Under the pieces are notes generated by a model. The model saw only the letters and a program-made list of their open reading frames with translations, searched no databases and was not told the DNA's origin. The position numbers and the translations under genes are program-made. 62,957 nucleotides of DNA from Candidatus Saccharimonadota bacterium (GTDB lineage Bacteria > Patescibacteriota > Saccharimonadia > Saccharimonadales > SZUA-47), in NCBI GenBank assembly GCA_020428465.1, contig JAGQMY010000006.1, positions 1 to 62,957 on the forward strand, written 5' to 3'. How positions within the stretch are numbered: position 1 is the stretch's first letter; every line of letters begins with the position of its first letter. Shown here one piece after another: positions 9,818 to 19,110 of the stretch.

Positions 9818-9843
9818 CAACTTACTTTACCAGATATTTTTAA

Positions 9844-10347
9844 CTACTTCACTACTTTAACACTTGCTAAACTTTCCATCATTGATGGTACGAACTCATC
9901 AGGCTTAAGATTAATCCAATTTAGCAGATCCTCGATCAATAACCATCGATATGCTTCGACTTCGTCTGTCTGAATTTCGATTTTTGTCTTTTCTTTGTCG
10001 ATTTTCGATGAAAAGAACTGTACGAAAAACTTATGATTTCCATCATCAATAAATATCTTTTTTTCAATCATAAATTCAATATTGGATACACCAATTTCTT
10101 CTAAAGTCTCCTTTGCTATATTCGAATCGTAGGTTTCACCTTCCTCTACAGTGCCGCTAACCGCCATTATCCACTTGCCAGGATCGTTTTGTTTCGTCCA
10201 TTTGCGTTGAGTTATTAAACAATACTTACCGTGTAAATCTGTTAGCCACAGTGCAGTCACGCGGTAAATATCTTCATACCGAACATCTTTATATTGCTTC
10301 GAGCCGACTACTTCATCGTCGGTATTTACAATTAATATGTTGCCCAT
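9844..10347 (-). CDS. NUDIX hydrolase
   Basis: Nudix box GTVEEGETYDSNIAKETLEEIGV. ATG at 10347 with a GAGGA SD. The ORF-track TTG at 10380 would overlap polA. Confidence 0.75.
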   Translation of the reverse strand: MGNILIVNTDDEVVGSKQYKDVRYEDIYRVTALWLTDLHGKYCLITQRKWTKQNDPGKWIMAVSGTVEEGETYDSNIAKETLEEIGVSNIEFMIEKKIFIDDGNHKFFVQFFSSKIDKEKTKIEIQTDEVEAYRWLLIEDLLNWINLKPDEFVPSMMESLASVKVVK

Positions 10348-10354
10348 TTTATCC

Positions 10355-13045
10355 TCAAAGTTCGCCCCAATTATGGCCAATACTCACATCGACTTTTAGA
10401 TGAACACCTAGCTCAGGATAAATTTGCTCCATGGTTTCTTTCATCATTTTACCGATTTTTTCTGCGTCCCCCTCCATACACTCAACCATAATCGAGTCGT
10501 GTATCTGCATTATCTGCTTTGGAAAAGCAGAATTTCGGATTTCGGATTTCGGATTTCGTGCTTTTGACCAATATTCACGCTCAAATATCTCGTCGATTTT
10601 ACTCATAGCTAATTTCGTAAGGTCAGCCGCAGACCCCTGTATTGGCATATTTATAGCTGCACGGTAAGCTCCCTCGCGTACCATAAAGTTACTCGACTGC
10701 ACATCGGGTGTTGGCCTCCTGCGACCCATGACTGTTTCGACATAACCTTTGTCTTTGGCGTCCCTACGAAATCTATCGATCATTTCTCGAAGCTTCGGTC
10801 GAACCTCGAAATATTTATCGATAAACTGCTTCGCATCAGCATATGATATGCCCGTTCCTTCACTCAAACCGTGCACACCTTGCCCATACAGAATACCGAA
10901 ATTTACTGCCTTAGCTGCGTAGCGCATTTCCTTAGTCACATCATCCGGTGTGACACCCTGAATTAAAGCAGCTGTTTCGGTATGAATATCCCTATCATCG
11001 TTAAAGGCTTTAATCATTTGCTCGTCACCACTCATAGCAGCAGCAATTCGTAACTCGAATTGACTATAGTCGGCGCTTATCAGCACATTACCAGGTTCTG
11101 CGATAAATCCTTCACGGATTTTTCGTCCGAGTTCAGTGCGTACCGGAATATTCTGCAGATTTGGATCATTGCTAGATAACCTGCCGGTCGCAGCAACTGT
11201 CATGTTCATCGTGCTGTGAACACGAGAGTTTTCATCAACCATCGTCGGCAATGGATCGACATAGGTACTTTTAAGCTTGGTGTACTCCCTGTATTTCTCA
11301 ATTTCGTCAATGATTGGATGTGTACCTTTTAGTTTGCCTAGGACATTGCTAGCAGTGCTGTAGTGCCCTGCTTTACCTTTTTTAGTCACATTAGTTGGCA
11401 AGCCCAATTTATCGAACAAAATTTCACTTAACTGGCTCGGACTCGAGATGTTAAATTCCTGATCAGCATAGCCATAAATCGTTTGTTCCACATCACTAAT
11501 CTGATCTGTTAGTTGTTCAGATAACTTGCCGAAGAACTTTGTATCAAGTTTCATCCCGACTCTCTCAAGTCGAGCTAGTACCGGTATTACCGGCCAATCA
11601 ACAGTCTCTGCCATTTTAATTAAGCTCGTAACTTCACTCATCTGTTCACCCTGCAAATTAGCGAGCTCCCTGATAACTGCAACGATTTCGGCAGATTTGC
11701 TCAATAGCTCATCATCGTCCAAGTCTTCTAGCTCTACCTCGTAACCTAAATCATTTGATGCTTGTTCACTCAAAGTTTGATCACGTCTAAGAGCATCTAC
11801 AGTAAAAGCACCTATTAGAGTGTCGTGTGAAACACGAGGTAATTTATCTACGCCCAGCTCCAACAAAACCTTAAATGAATTTTTTAAGTCATGCCCGATT
11901 ACAGAAGTTGGAAAGTTGAAGGCTGATCCGCCAGCTGGCGGACGAAAGTCTAAAGTACGTAAGTCAATCGCATAGCAGGTTTCTGAATCAGCTAGTAGCA
12001 AAATGGTCGGGTTCTTGCCGTGCTTACCAGCGCAACGAGCGTGCAGTACGACATCACCCTCGAGCTTTATATTCTTAATTTCGTCGCTAGATTTTACATA
12101 TACGACTTTAGGTAGGTGTAGCTCATGCGTACTTTCCGCTGGCGCGATAGATTCGACATTATGATTCTGCATACCCGCTGGTAAATTTCGAAGTAAACTC
12201 TTGAACTCCAGTCTCTTCAAAATCGCCGCTAATTCTGCTGTGTCTAGTTTATCGACATCCATTTCCTCGAGATCTAATGGCACAGGCGCGTCATCATAGA
12301 GTTGCGCTACTTCTCGGCTAAGATAAGCCGAATCCTTCCCCATCTCTAGTTTTTTTGACACAACTGGTTTAATTAGTGCTAAATTCTCGTAAACACCGTC
12401 GAGTGTTCCGTATTCTCTGAGTAACTCACTAGCAGTCTTCTCCCCTATGCCCGGTACTCCTGGGATGTTGTCACTTGAGTCGCCCTTCAGAGCCTTTGAG
12501 TCAAGAAATTGCTCAGTTTTGATTCCGTATTTTTCTTCGAAACTTTTTGGATCAAATTTTTCTATATTAGTCAGGCCTTTTTTCAGCGCATACAGATGAA
12601 TATGCTCATCGATTGTCTGCAAAGCGTCCAGGTCTGATGTGATTAACATAGTTTCTAGTCCAGCCTTTTCGGCCTTTTTAGCCAGAGTATGCATAATGTC
12701 GTCAGCTTCATAATCGTCGTACTCATATAGTGGCCAATTAAACACTTCTAAAACCTCGTGAAGTATCGGGATCTGTGCATAAAAATCAGGGGGAGCAGGC
12801 TTACGTCCGGCTTTGTAATCTGGATAAATCGCCAGACGCTTTCTAATGTTAGTCTTAGGTTTATCCCACGCCACGCACACATAATCTGGTTTCAAGCGCT
12901 TAATTAGCTCTAAAGCCATGGCACAGAAACCATAAACTCCACCAGTAGGAGTTCCATCTTTAGTGCTGAGATTCGGCATGGCATAGTAGCCTCTATAAAA
13001 GACGCTTTTTCCATCTATTATCGCCAACTTTTTCCGCTCACTCAT
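10355..13045 (-). CDS. polA: DNA polymerase I
   Basis: 5'-nuclease N-terminus (LAIIDGKS..GVPGIGEKTA), motif A DYSQFELRI, motif B RYAAKAVNFGILYG, motif C QIHDSIMVE. Confidence 0.95.
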   Translation of the reverse strand: MSERKKLAIIDGKSVFYRGYYAMPNLSTKDGTPTGGVYGFCAMALELIKRLKPDYVCVAWDKPKTNIRKRLAIYPDYKAGRKPAPPDFYAQIPILHEVLEVFNWPLYEYDDYEADDIMHTLAKKAEKAGLETMLITSDLDALQTIDEHIHLYALKKGLTNIEKFDPKSFEEKYGIKTEQFLDSKALKGDSSDNIPGVPGIGEKTASELLREYGTLDGVYENLALIKPVVSKKLEMGKDSAYLSREVAQLYDDAPVPLDLEEMDVDKLDTAELAAILKRLEFKSLLRNLPAGMQNHNVESIAPAESTHELHLPKVVYVKSSDEIKNIKLEGDVVLHARCAGKHGKNPTILLLADSETCYAIDLRTLDFRPPAGGSAFNFPTSVIGHDLKNSFKVLLELGVDKLPRVSHDTLIGAFTVDALRRDQTLSEQASNDLGYEVELEDLDDDELLSKSAEIVAVIRELANLQGEQMSEVTSLIKMAETVDWPVIPVLARLERVGMKLDTKFFGKLSEQLTDQISDVEQTIYGYADQEFNISSPSQLSEILFDKLGLPTNVTKKGKAGHYSTASNVLGKLKGTHPIIDEIEKYREYTKLKSTYVDPLPTMVDENSRVHSTMNMTVAATGRLSSNDPNLQNIPVRTELGRKIREGFIAEPGNVLISADYSQFELRIAAAMSGDEQMIKAFNDDRDIHTETAALIQGVTPDDVTKEMRYAAKAVNFGILYGQGVHGLSEGTGISYADAKQFIDKYFEVRPKLREMIDRFRRDAKDKGYVETVMGRRRPTPDVQSSNFMVREGAYRAAINMPIQGSAADLTKLAMSKIDEIFEREYWSKARNPKSEIRNSAFPKQIMQIHDSIMVECMEGDAEKIGKMMKETMEQIYPELGVHLKVDVSIGHNWGEL
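10532..10559. repeat. heptanucleotide tandem repeat (atttcgg x3 plus atttcgt) inside polA
   Basis: Read directly from the sequence. It encodes RNPKSEIRN in a loop just upstream of motif C. Confidence 0.9.
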
Positions 13046-13114
13046 TACTACTAGTATACCCCTCAAGACTTATGAGGGGTAATACTTATGCTTTATGCTA
13101 CACAAAATTCTTAC

Positions 13115-13621
13115 TTAAGCCGAAGGTGGAAGGATTTCTGGACTAGGTGACGCAGGAACGCTATTGCCATTTTCCGCTTTGCTTGCTTCATAAGCAGCTG
13201 CTTCTTGTGAGTCTACGGGTAATTCTACAGTAGCAAGTCCTTCAGTTCCTGGTAATTGATCCCTAATTTCTGCATCGGGGCCTGTTCCCAAGTTCACACT
13301 AACATCCCCTCCTCCCTTTGATGCTTCGTATTTCCTGGCAGAACGTGCAGCCTCTGCACCAAACATTGCCATTAGTACACCGCCACCTGAATTAGGGTGT
13401 TCATTAAGCTTAGCTAATGTCTCAATTACATCTGCGGGTGCTGGCTCACCATCGGGTCCCACCAAGTTTCCGTTCGCGTCTGGATGATAATCAACAAATA
13501 AAGTTCTTACTTTATCGTCTGGACCAGAGGCTACAGCGTCGTTTGCTGCTTGGTTATTTGCAGCTTCTGTAGCATCTAAATCTACAGGCACTGCAGGTGT
13601 TTCACTTGGTATATTTGTCAT
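13115..13621 (-). CDS. hypothetical protein (Ala/Pro/Gly/Asp-rich)
   Basis: 168-aa ORF with an AAGGAA SD. Last gene of a three-gene operon. No recognisable domain. Confidence 0.5.
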   Translation of the reverse strand: MTNIPSETPAVPVDLDATEAANNQAANDAVASGPDDKVRTLFVDYHPDANGNLVGPDGEPAPADVIETLAKLNEHPNSGGGVLMAMFGAEAARSARKYEASKGGGDVSVNLGTGPDAEIRDQLPGTEGLATVELPVDSQEAAAYEASKAENGNSVPASPSPEILPPSA

Positions 13622-13711
13622 TTTTGTTATTCCTTTTTTTTATTTTTATTTAGCTAGTTTTTATTTTTCTAACTTGCATACATCTTATCACGTTTATGCT
13701 TAAATGTCAAC

Positions 13712-14815
13712 CTAGTTGCCTGAATTATTTTTCGTGATTACACAGTTGGCTAGAAAAGTTTTCAGATCTTCTAATAATGCACCTAATTCTTCACCTAACA
13801 GTTGGTGATCGTTATTGGGCTTATCTGTATCTCTATCAAGTGCAAAAGCTGTTAGAAATTCTTTTGCGGTTATACCTGGATATATATCCCTTTGGGGTTT
13901 ATTTATTCTGTTACCATTATCGTCATACTCATAGACAATCTCCTTAAACCAAACAAAACCATTTTGATCTATTTTGTACTCTTTTATTGTTCTTGTCCTA
14001 TTACCAGAGTCATTTATTCCAGCTTCTAGTTTTCTTAGCACTACTGTAGGTGCTACCGTAAAATTCTCATCTAGCTCATCCGCCTCTTCAAAACTAAAAT
14101 TCCAAGCCTCAGTACTATTAGGTTTATAGGCTAGTCGAGCACCGACTTTTTCATGCATCAATGCTTCTATCTTGTCTTGAGGTTCTCCGTAAAGTTCGTT
14201 GTCGCTAAACTTATCTACTATTTGTTCAGCAATTAGACGGCAATTCCCTACAGTTAATTTATCCTCGTCAGTGAGGCTTGGATGCCAATCGTATTGAGCA
14301 CTAATACGTTCACTCACTTCTTGTTGCTGATTCTTATAGTGGGAAAATGCTCCTATACCGTCTTGGTTTTTTATCTCACTAAAATCGTTTAAAGTTAGCA
14401 GAGTCATCAAAACTTGATCAACTGCTTTTTCAAGACCTAGTTCCTCCAGATCACCGTCTAGTGTAATAGTGTCCCCATCTTCAAATGCTAAAGATGAATT
14501 AGGTGTAATCGATGACTCATCAGCAAAAAATGAAACATAGTATTGTACATTAGTAGCGCTCTCAAATATCGTACTACCACTCATTGCTTCTAGATCAACT
14601 TGTGTAATTGGGTTTGTGTGTGCATTTTCGAAAAAATGGCAGTTGGCACGCAAACTTACTACTCTACCGTCCGATAGTTTATGAAATGCGATTCGGTCAT
14701 ATTCATCAGGAAAATCCGTTGGCAAGCTAACACTATTACTTAGTAGTCTCTGCATTTCCGATTCTATGCCCTTTCCAGGAATTTCAGCCCCCGTGTAAAT
14801 TGGTAAATTATTCAT
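13712..14815 (-). CDS. hypothetical protein
   Basis: 367-aa ORF, soluble, acidic. No recognisable domain. Confidence 0.55.
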   Translation of the reverse strand: MNNLPIYTGAEIPGKGIESEMQRLLSNSVSLPTDFPDEYDRIAFHKLSDGRVVSLRANCHFFENAHTNPITQVDLEAMSGSTIFESATNVQYYVSFFADESSITPNSSLAFEDGDTITLDGDLEELGLEKAVDQVLMTLLTLNDFSEIKNQDGIGAFSHYKNQQQEVSERISAQYDWHPSLTDEDKLTVGNCRLIAEQIVDKFSDNELYGEPQDKIEALMHEKVGARLAYKPNSTEAWNFSFEEADELDENFTVAPTVVLRKLEAGINDSGNRTRTIKEYKIDQNGFVWFKEIVYEYDDNGNRINKPQRDIYPGITAKEFLTAFALDRDTDKPNNDHQLLGEELGALLEDLKTFLANCVITKNNSGN

Positions 14816-14842
14816 ATTAATTAATCCGTTCTTAATAGTTAA

Positions 14843-15637
14843 TTATGATAGTTTGAATAGTCTTTTTGCAATTCGAATTTGGTTAATGTCTTTTGCCTGC
14901 TCATCTGCTGGTAATTCTACAAATGAAACTTCTAGACCTGGTTCAATCCAGCCACCGTTATCCTGCTGTCTTTGAAGCCAAGCAGAGTGAATTTCATCAC
15001 CGATTTCAGCAAACACTTGTTTGTCATTCAGATTAATATCACCATTTCGCGTTAATATTATTTCAACAACCTTTTTTGCTGCTTCATAATTATCTTTCTG
15101 CCAGTGAGGATGTAGATTTTCGAAATTGGTATTAGCTATATCTTGCGAAAATAATTTAATTTCACCAGATTCAGTTTTATCCTCATTAATCCACTTTTCA
15201 AAACCGTCACGAACTACTAGGCATTTCACTCTAGGCCTAAAAGTACCATCAGGATTTCCAAAGTTTTCCGTACGCCATTCATCGTGTAGAACAGAAGCAA
15301 GTAGAAATGACGCGCTTTCAAGCAACTCGACTTGTTCGCGCTCAATAAACTCCTTCACACCCTTAAGAGACACACCCTCAGGCGTAACAAATCCTGAATT
15401 CTTTAAAGACTCTGTTATCGAATCAGCCCATACTCTATTTACTGCTTTTTGTTTTCCTAGTGCGCCAATTGCGCCAGCAAGCCCTGATTCAGAACTAGTA
15501 GGAATCAAGCTACCATTACACTCAGCAATTTCCCATATTGATAAATTAGCTAGGCCCGATAATTTTGAGAGTTCTTCGCCAGCTCTACCAATCTCTACCC
15601 CTTTGTCTAATTGTGCTTGACTTGGTTCATATTCCAT
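14843..15637 (-). CDS. hypothetical protein with two RyR-domain-like repeats
   Basis: LHDEWR..IANTNFENLHPHWQKDNYEAAK and IHSAWLQRQQDNGGW..FVELPADEQAKDINQI resemble the RyR consensus iHe.W...GW...y.eLpeeeK..dr. Strong AAGGAG SD. Confidence 0.45.
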   Translation of the reverse strand: MEYEPSQAQLDKGVEIGRAGEELSKLSGLANLSIWEIAECNGSLIPTSSESGLAGAIGALGKQKAVNRVWADSITESLKNSGFVTPEGVSLKGVKEFIEREQVELLESASFLLASVLHDEWRTENFGNPDGTFRPRVKCLVVRDGFEKWINEDKTESGEIKLFSQDIANTNFENLHPHWQKDNYEAAKKVVEIILTRNGDINLNDKQVFAEIGDEIHSAWLQRQQDNGGWIEPGLEVSFVELPADEQAKDINQIRIAKRLFKLS

Positions 15638-15849
15638 TTCAATTTCTCCTTTTTTGGCATCAGAAAACAGACCTTCAAATAATTTATTAGGCTTACAAAG
15701 TTGTCTGAATCGTTAATTACTAATAGATTTTGTTGTGATTTTACTTGCTTTTTAAGGCAAGCCCACCCTATTAAATTTTTAACCTTCACCTAGATGTAAG
15801 TCAGAATGTAGGTATAGGTCTTTTGGTCCCCTCATTAGGAACTAAGTAT

Positions 15850-15878
15850 ATTTTACGATTTTAGTTACATATTGTCAA
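15850..15878 (-). promoter_or_regulatory. sigma-70-type promoter for the 15637-13115 operon
   Basis: On the minus strand: TTGACA, 17-nt spacer, TAAAAT. Confidence 0.45.
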
Positions 15879-15939
15879 TTTTAACTTATTATATGGTCTT
15901 AATAAGGTGTTTAGACTTGCTTTTTATGTCATTTGTTAC

Positions 15940-15968
15940 TTGACATAAAGATTTCGTTTTGATATAGT
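15940..15968 (+). promoter_or_regulatory. sigma-70-type promoter placed for a leaderless TrmB-like mRNA
   Basis: TTGACA, 17-nt spacer, TATAGT, then 7 nt to the ATG at 15976. No SD. Confidence 0.5.
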
Positions 15969-15975
15969 TTCATTT

Positions 15976-16761
15976 ATGAATGTACAGATTCTTACCGATA
16001 TTGGCCTAAGTGAAACACAGGCAAAGATGTATATTGCCTTAATCAAAAATGGAAACCTTACACCACCCAATGCTGCTGAATTGTTAAATATTAAACGTAC
16101 AAATGCATATGCAGTGCTTGAGCAATTAGATAATTTGGGCTTAGCGAAGAAGAAGGAGCTTAATAAAAAAGTAAGCTACTGGGCTGAAAATCCTACAGCT
16201 ATTGAAAAACTGGCAAGAGACAACCGTTCGCTAGCGCTTGAGCATGAGAGACAAGTCCAAGCTTCGATGCCTACCCTTCTTAACTTTTATTACACTTTCT
16301 CTGACCAGCCAGGAGTCAGATTTTTTCAGGGCCTAGAAGGCATAAAAGATATTTATAATGATATTCTCAGAACCAATAAAGATGTCTACGTGGTTAGATC
16401 TGCACATGACCAGGACTTAATGAGTGAGGTATTTTTCACCGAATTCAAGAAAAAGAAAGCCGACAGAGGTATAACAACTCACATGATTAATCCCAAAAAC
16501 GATCCGGCATACTGGAACAAACAAACCGACAAGCATCACCGAACAATCAGGACTCAAGTCCATCCGGAGCTTTACACGGCAAATGTAGAAATATGTAGTT
16601 ACGGTGATAAAGTATCAATCATATCATTTGGCGAAGAAGCTATAGGTATGATTATCGATAGTCCACAGATTGCCGAAGCTAATCGGCAGCTTTTTCACTT
16701 AGCAAAACTTGGAGCCGAAACGGCTAGTAAAAACCACAAAAAAAATGGTATTTATGCTTAA
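15976..16761 (+). CDS. TrmB-family winged-helix transcriptional regulator
   Basis: The N-terminus LSETQAKMYIALIKNGNLTPPNAAELLNIKRTNAYAVLEQLDNLGL is a typical TrmB-type wHTH. Confidence 0.7.
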   Translation: MNVQILTDIGLSETQAKMYIALIKNGNLTPPNAAELLNIKRTNAYAVLEQLDNLGLAKKKELNKKVSYWAENPTAIEKLARDNRSLALEHERQVQASMPTLLNFYYTFSDQPGVRFFQGLEGIKDIYNDILRTNKDVYVVRSAHDQDLMSEVFFTEFKKKKADRGITTHMINPKNDPAYWNKQTDKHHRTIRTQVHPELYTANVEICSYGDKVSIISFGEEAIGMIIDSPQIAEANRQLFHLAKLGAETASKNHKKNGIYA

Positions 16762-16792
16762 TTTCTATATACTTTAAAGTGAAAACCAAATT

Positions 16793-19108
16793 ATGAAACA
16801 TTATTTTGAGCTATACCTAAAATCAAATGTAGCAACTTCTGAACAGTGGCAAAGTTTCTTTTCGGCTCTTACGGCTCATATAGGATATATGAACAAGTGT
16901 CAGGTGATAATGTCCGTACAGGACAGTGTTATTCGGTATTTTGTCGGTTCAGATAAAGATTTAGGGGTACTAAGTAATAACATAGACATTGGAGTATTGA
17001 GACCAATAACTGAAGAGGCTATAGGAATTCCAAAAACAAAATCATCTGAGAGATTAGTTTTCTTCTCTGGAAATTTCTTAGATTTACGTGAGCGCATGAA
17101 GGTTAAGCGCGGTAAAGAACTCGAGTACATAGTCGTAAATTGCAGAAGAATCAACGCCGAAAAAACCTTTGCCAATACGTCCCTGTATTTCAAAAATCCT
17201 GCTGGTCATTTCAGTGTTAATAAGAAAAAGACGCTTTCCTTTCCAGCTCGTCAGCTTACGGTAAATTTTGACGAAAACTCACGTTACCTAAAGAAGGAAT
17301 TCCCTAAATATTTAAATATAGAAAAAGCTCTGTCAGTATTATCACCAGTCGCTAACAATGCTCTTTTTGAAGTAAATACTTTTCCCTATTTCGCGAACGA
17401 TTATTATCTCAACCTACTTGACTATGAGTTCGATAAACACTCCTTCATCGTGGGAGCAAGTGGCTCTGGAAAGTCTAAACTAATTGAGCTATTTATAGAC
17501 CGACTCTCGAAGTCGGCTTATCGTAACAACTACCGAGTTTTAGTCATTGATCCGCACGCATCACTCGGCAAAGAGCTACAAAATATCGAGGATTCTCAAG
17601 TGATAGATTTTTCAGGCGATAGTGCGCCAGAACTTTTCGGAGATTCAGCCAAGACAGACGTATCAGCATCAACCGAGTTGACTACTACATTAATGAAAGC
17701 GTTACTAGGTGATCAGTTCAATCCTAAAGTTGAGCGAGTGCTTAGATTTAGTTTGTTCGTATTGTTTACAGCACAAACTATGTCACTTGGTATGCTCAAA
17801 AGATTTCTAACTGAACTAGAGCTACGGAATCAGATTCTTGAACACGTGGCTGGGAACATTCCTCCTAATATCGAGAAGTTTTTTGGCGCTGATTACAATG
17901 AAATCCGCACGACTCATTATACCGAAGCAATTTTACCGATAATTTCACTAGTTGATGAAATGCAACTACAGCCTGGTATGGTTGGTGAAAGTGAGCTTTC
18001 CCTCTCAAAAGCTATTGAGCAAAATTTTTTGACTGTATTCTCGTTGAATAAAGTCAGTATGGGAGAGAAAGTAGTAAAAACTGCGGCGGGTATTTTAATG
18101 CAACAAATATTCTTACTTGCCCAAGCTAGATCATTTAACGAGAAGGTAATCTTGTTCGTAGACGAAGTATCGGTAGTACAAAGTCCGGCAATGGCCTCAA
18201 TTTTATCCGAAGCGCGAAAATATAATTTGTTCATAATCCTTACCCAGCAGTATTTCGGACAGGTTGAAAAACAGCTAAAAGACGCAATCTATGCAAATGT
18301 ATATAACTACTATGTTTTCCGCGTATCTGAAGAGGATGCTGAAGGTCTTATCGGTAACTTAAATATTGAGATTCCTAAAGAAATAATTGAGGAAGAGCAT
18401 AAAAAAGGTATTAAAGAAGAAACAATCAAAAAGCAGTTAATGACAGAGCTGCACCCCCGTGAAGTGTTGGTAAGAATTTCTGCTAATGGGCAAATAATCC
18501 CTGTGTTCAAAGGATGTACTCTCGACATTGGTACTGGCTCAAATGAAAGAATTAAAATTGACCCAGATAAACTAACTGCAGTTAACGCGCAGGAGCCTAA
18601 GGTTAAAAAGTTTGTTGAAAGTGAAGCTAAGTCTCTTAACGATGTGCCACAACTAAATAGCACTGAATCAAATGAAAAATCTCTAAATTTAGCAGAAATC
18701 TCCCATTTAGAAGTAGCATCGCCAAATCCAACACCTAGTACCGAAGAACTTGCTAAGGATTCCTATTCGGCATGGGAAAATGGCCCTAATGGTAATACAG
18801 TTAGCGAGAATTATGCCGAAAAGCCTTTTAACCCAGAATCTGAAGAATCATACTTAAATAACCCCGAAGTTGATCCGATTGAACGACGGCAGACTAAAGC
18901 CAGAAAAAAGCAGAATGCTGGTATTGTTGCATCTGTAATAACCAGGAGTGAGATTTCACTAGAAGCTGCTGAAGCCAACCCGATATCAGCAGAATTCTTT
19001 AAAACTTCAGGCTCTCCGTCAACATCATCTGGCTTTGGAAGTGGTAATCTGGCAAGTATCTTAGCGTCACAATCATCAAATAACGATTTAGCATCTAAAA
19101 GGAGTTAA
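16793..19108 (+). CDS. HerA/FtsK-superfamily (DUF87-like) P-loop ATPase with a disordered C-terminal tail
   Basis: Walker A DKHSFIVGASGSGKSKL, Walker B VILFVDEV, and EARKYNLFIILTQQ (the RKYG..TQ motif of HerA/VirB4-type ATPases). The last ~190 aa are low complexity. Confidence 0.7.
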   Translation: MKHYFELYLKSNVATSEQWQSFFSALTAHIGYMNKCQVIMSVQDSVIRYFVGSDKDLGVLSNNIDIGVLRPITEEAIGIPKTKSSERLVFFSGNFLDLRERMKVKRGKELEYIVVNCRRINAEKTFANTSLYFKNPAGHFSVNKKKTLSFPARQLTVNFDENSRYLKKEFPKYLNIEKALSVLSPVANNALFEVNTFPYFANDYYLNLLDYEFDKHSFIVGASGSGKSKLIELFIDRLSKSAYRNNYRVLVIDPHASLGKELQNIEDSQVIDFSGDSAPELFGDSAKTDVSASTELTTTLMKALLGDQFNPKVERVLRFSLFVLFTAQTMSLGMLKRFLTELELRNQILEHVAGNIPPNIEKFFGADYNEIRTTHYTEAILPIISLVDEMQLQPGMVGESELSLSKAIEQNFLTVFSLNKVSMGEKVVKTAAGILMQQIFLLAQARSFNEKVILFVDEVSVVQSPAMASILSEARKYNLFIILTQQYFGQVEKQLKDAIYANVYNYYVFRVSEEDAEGLIGNLNIEIPKEIIEEEHKKGIKEETIKKQLMTELHPREVLVRISANGQIIPVFKGCTLDIGTGSNERIKIDPDKLTAVNAQEPKVKKFVESEAKSLNDVPQLNSTESNEKSLNLAEISHLEVASPNPTPSTEELAKDSYSAWENGPNGNTVSENYAEKPFNPESEESYLNNPEVDPIERRQTKARKKQNAGIVASVITRSEISLEAAEANPISAEFFKTSGSPSTSSGFGSGNLASILASQSSNNDLASKRS

Positions 19109-19110
19109 AA

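Noticed and set aside
11900-12150. Possible inactive 3'-5' exonuclease domain in PolA (no clear DTET-type Exo I motif)
   Set aside because: By eye, the segment LLLADSETCYAIDL could be either the Exo I motif or the following strand. I cannot assign the register without an alignment, so I make no claim.
15126-15620. 164-aa ORF antisense to the RyR-like gene, and similar antisense ORFs at 2305-2547, 16900-17193, 17917-18234, 18310-18663, 21739-22059, 24210-24548, 47140-47460, 55859-56215 and 56818-57228
   Set aside because: They lie fully inside longer ORFs with recognisable products or better coding signals. They have low-complexity Ser/Leu/Cys-rich translations typical of antisense frames.
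15607-15789. 60-aa ORF in the leader of the 15637 operon
   Set aside because: It overlaps the start of the downstream gene out of frame and has no SD. It is likely part of a long 5' UTR.
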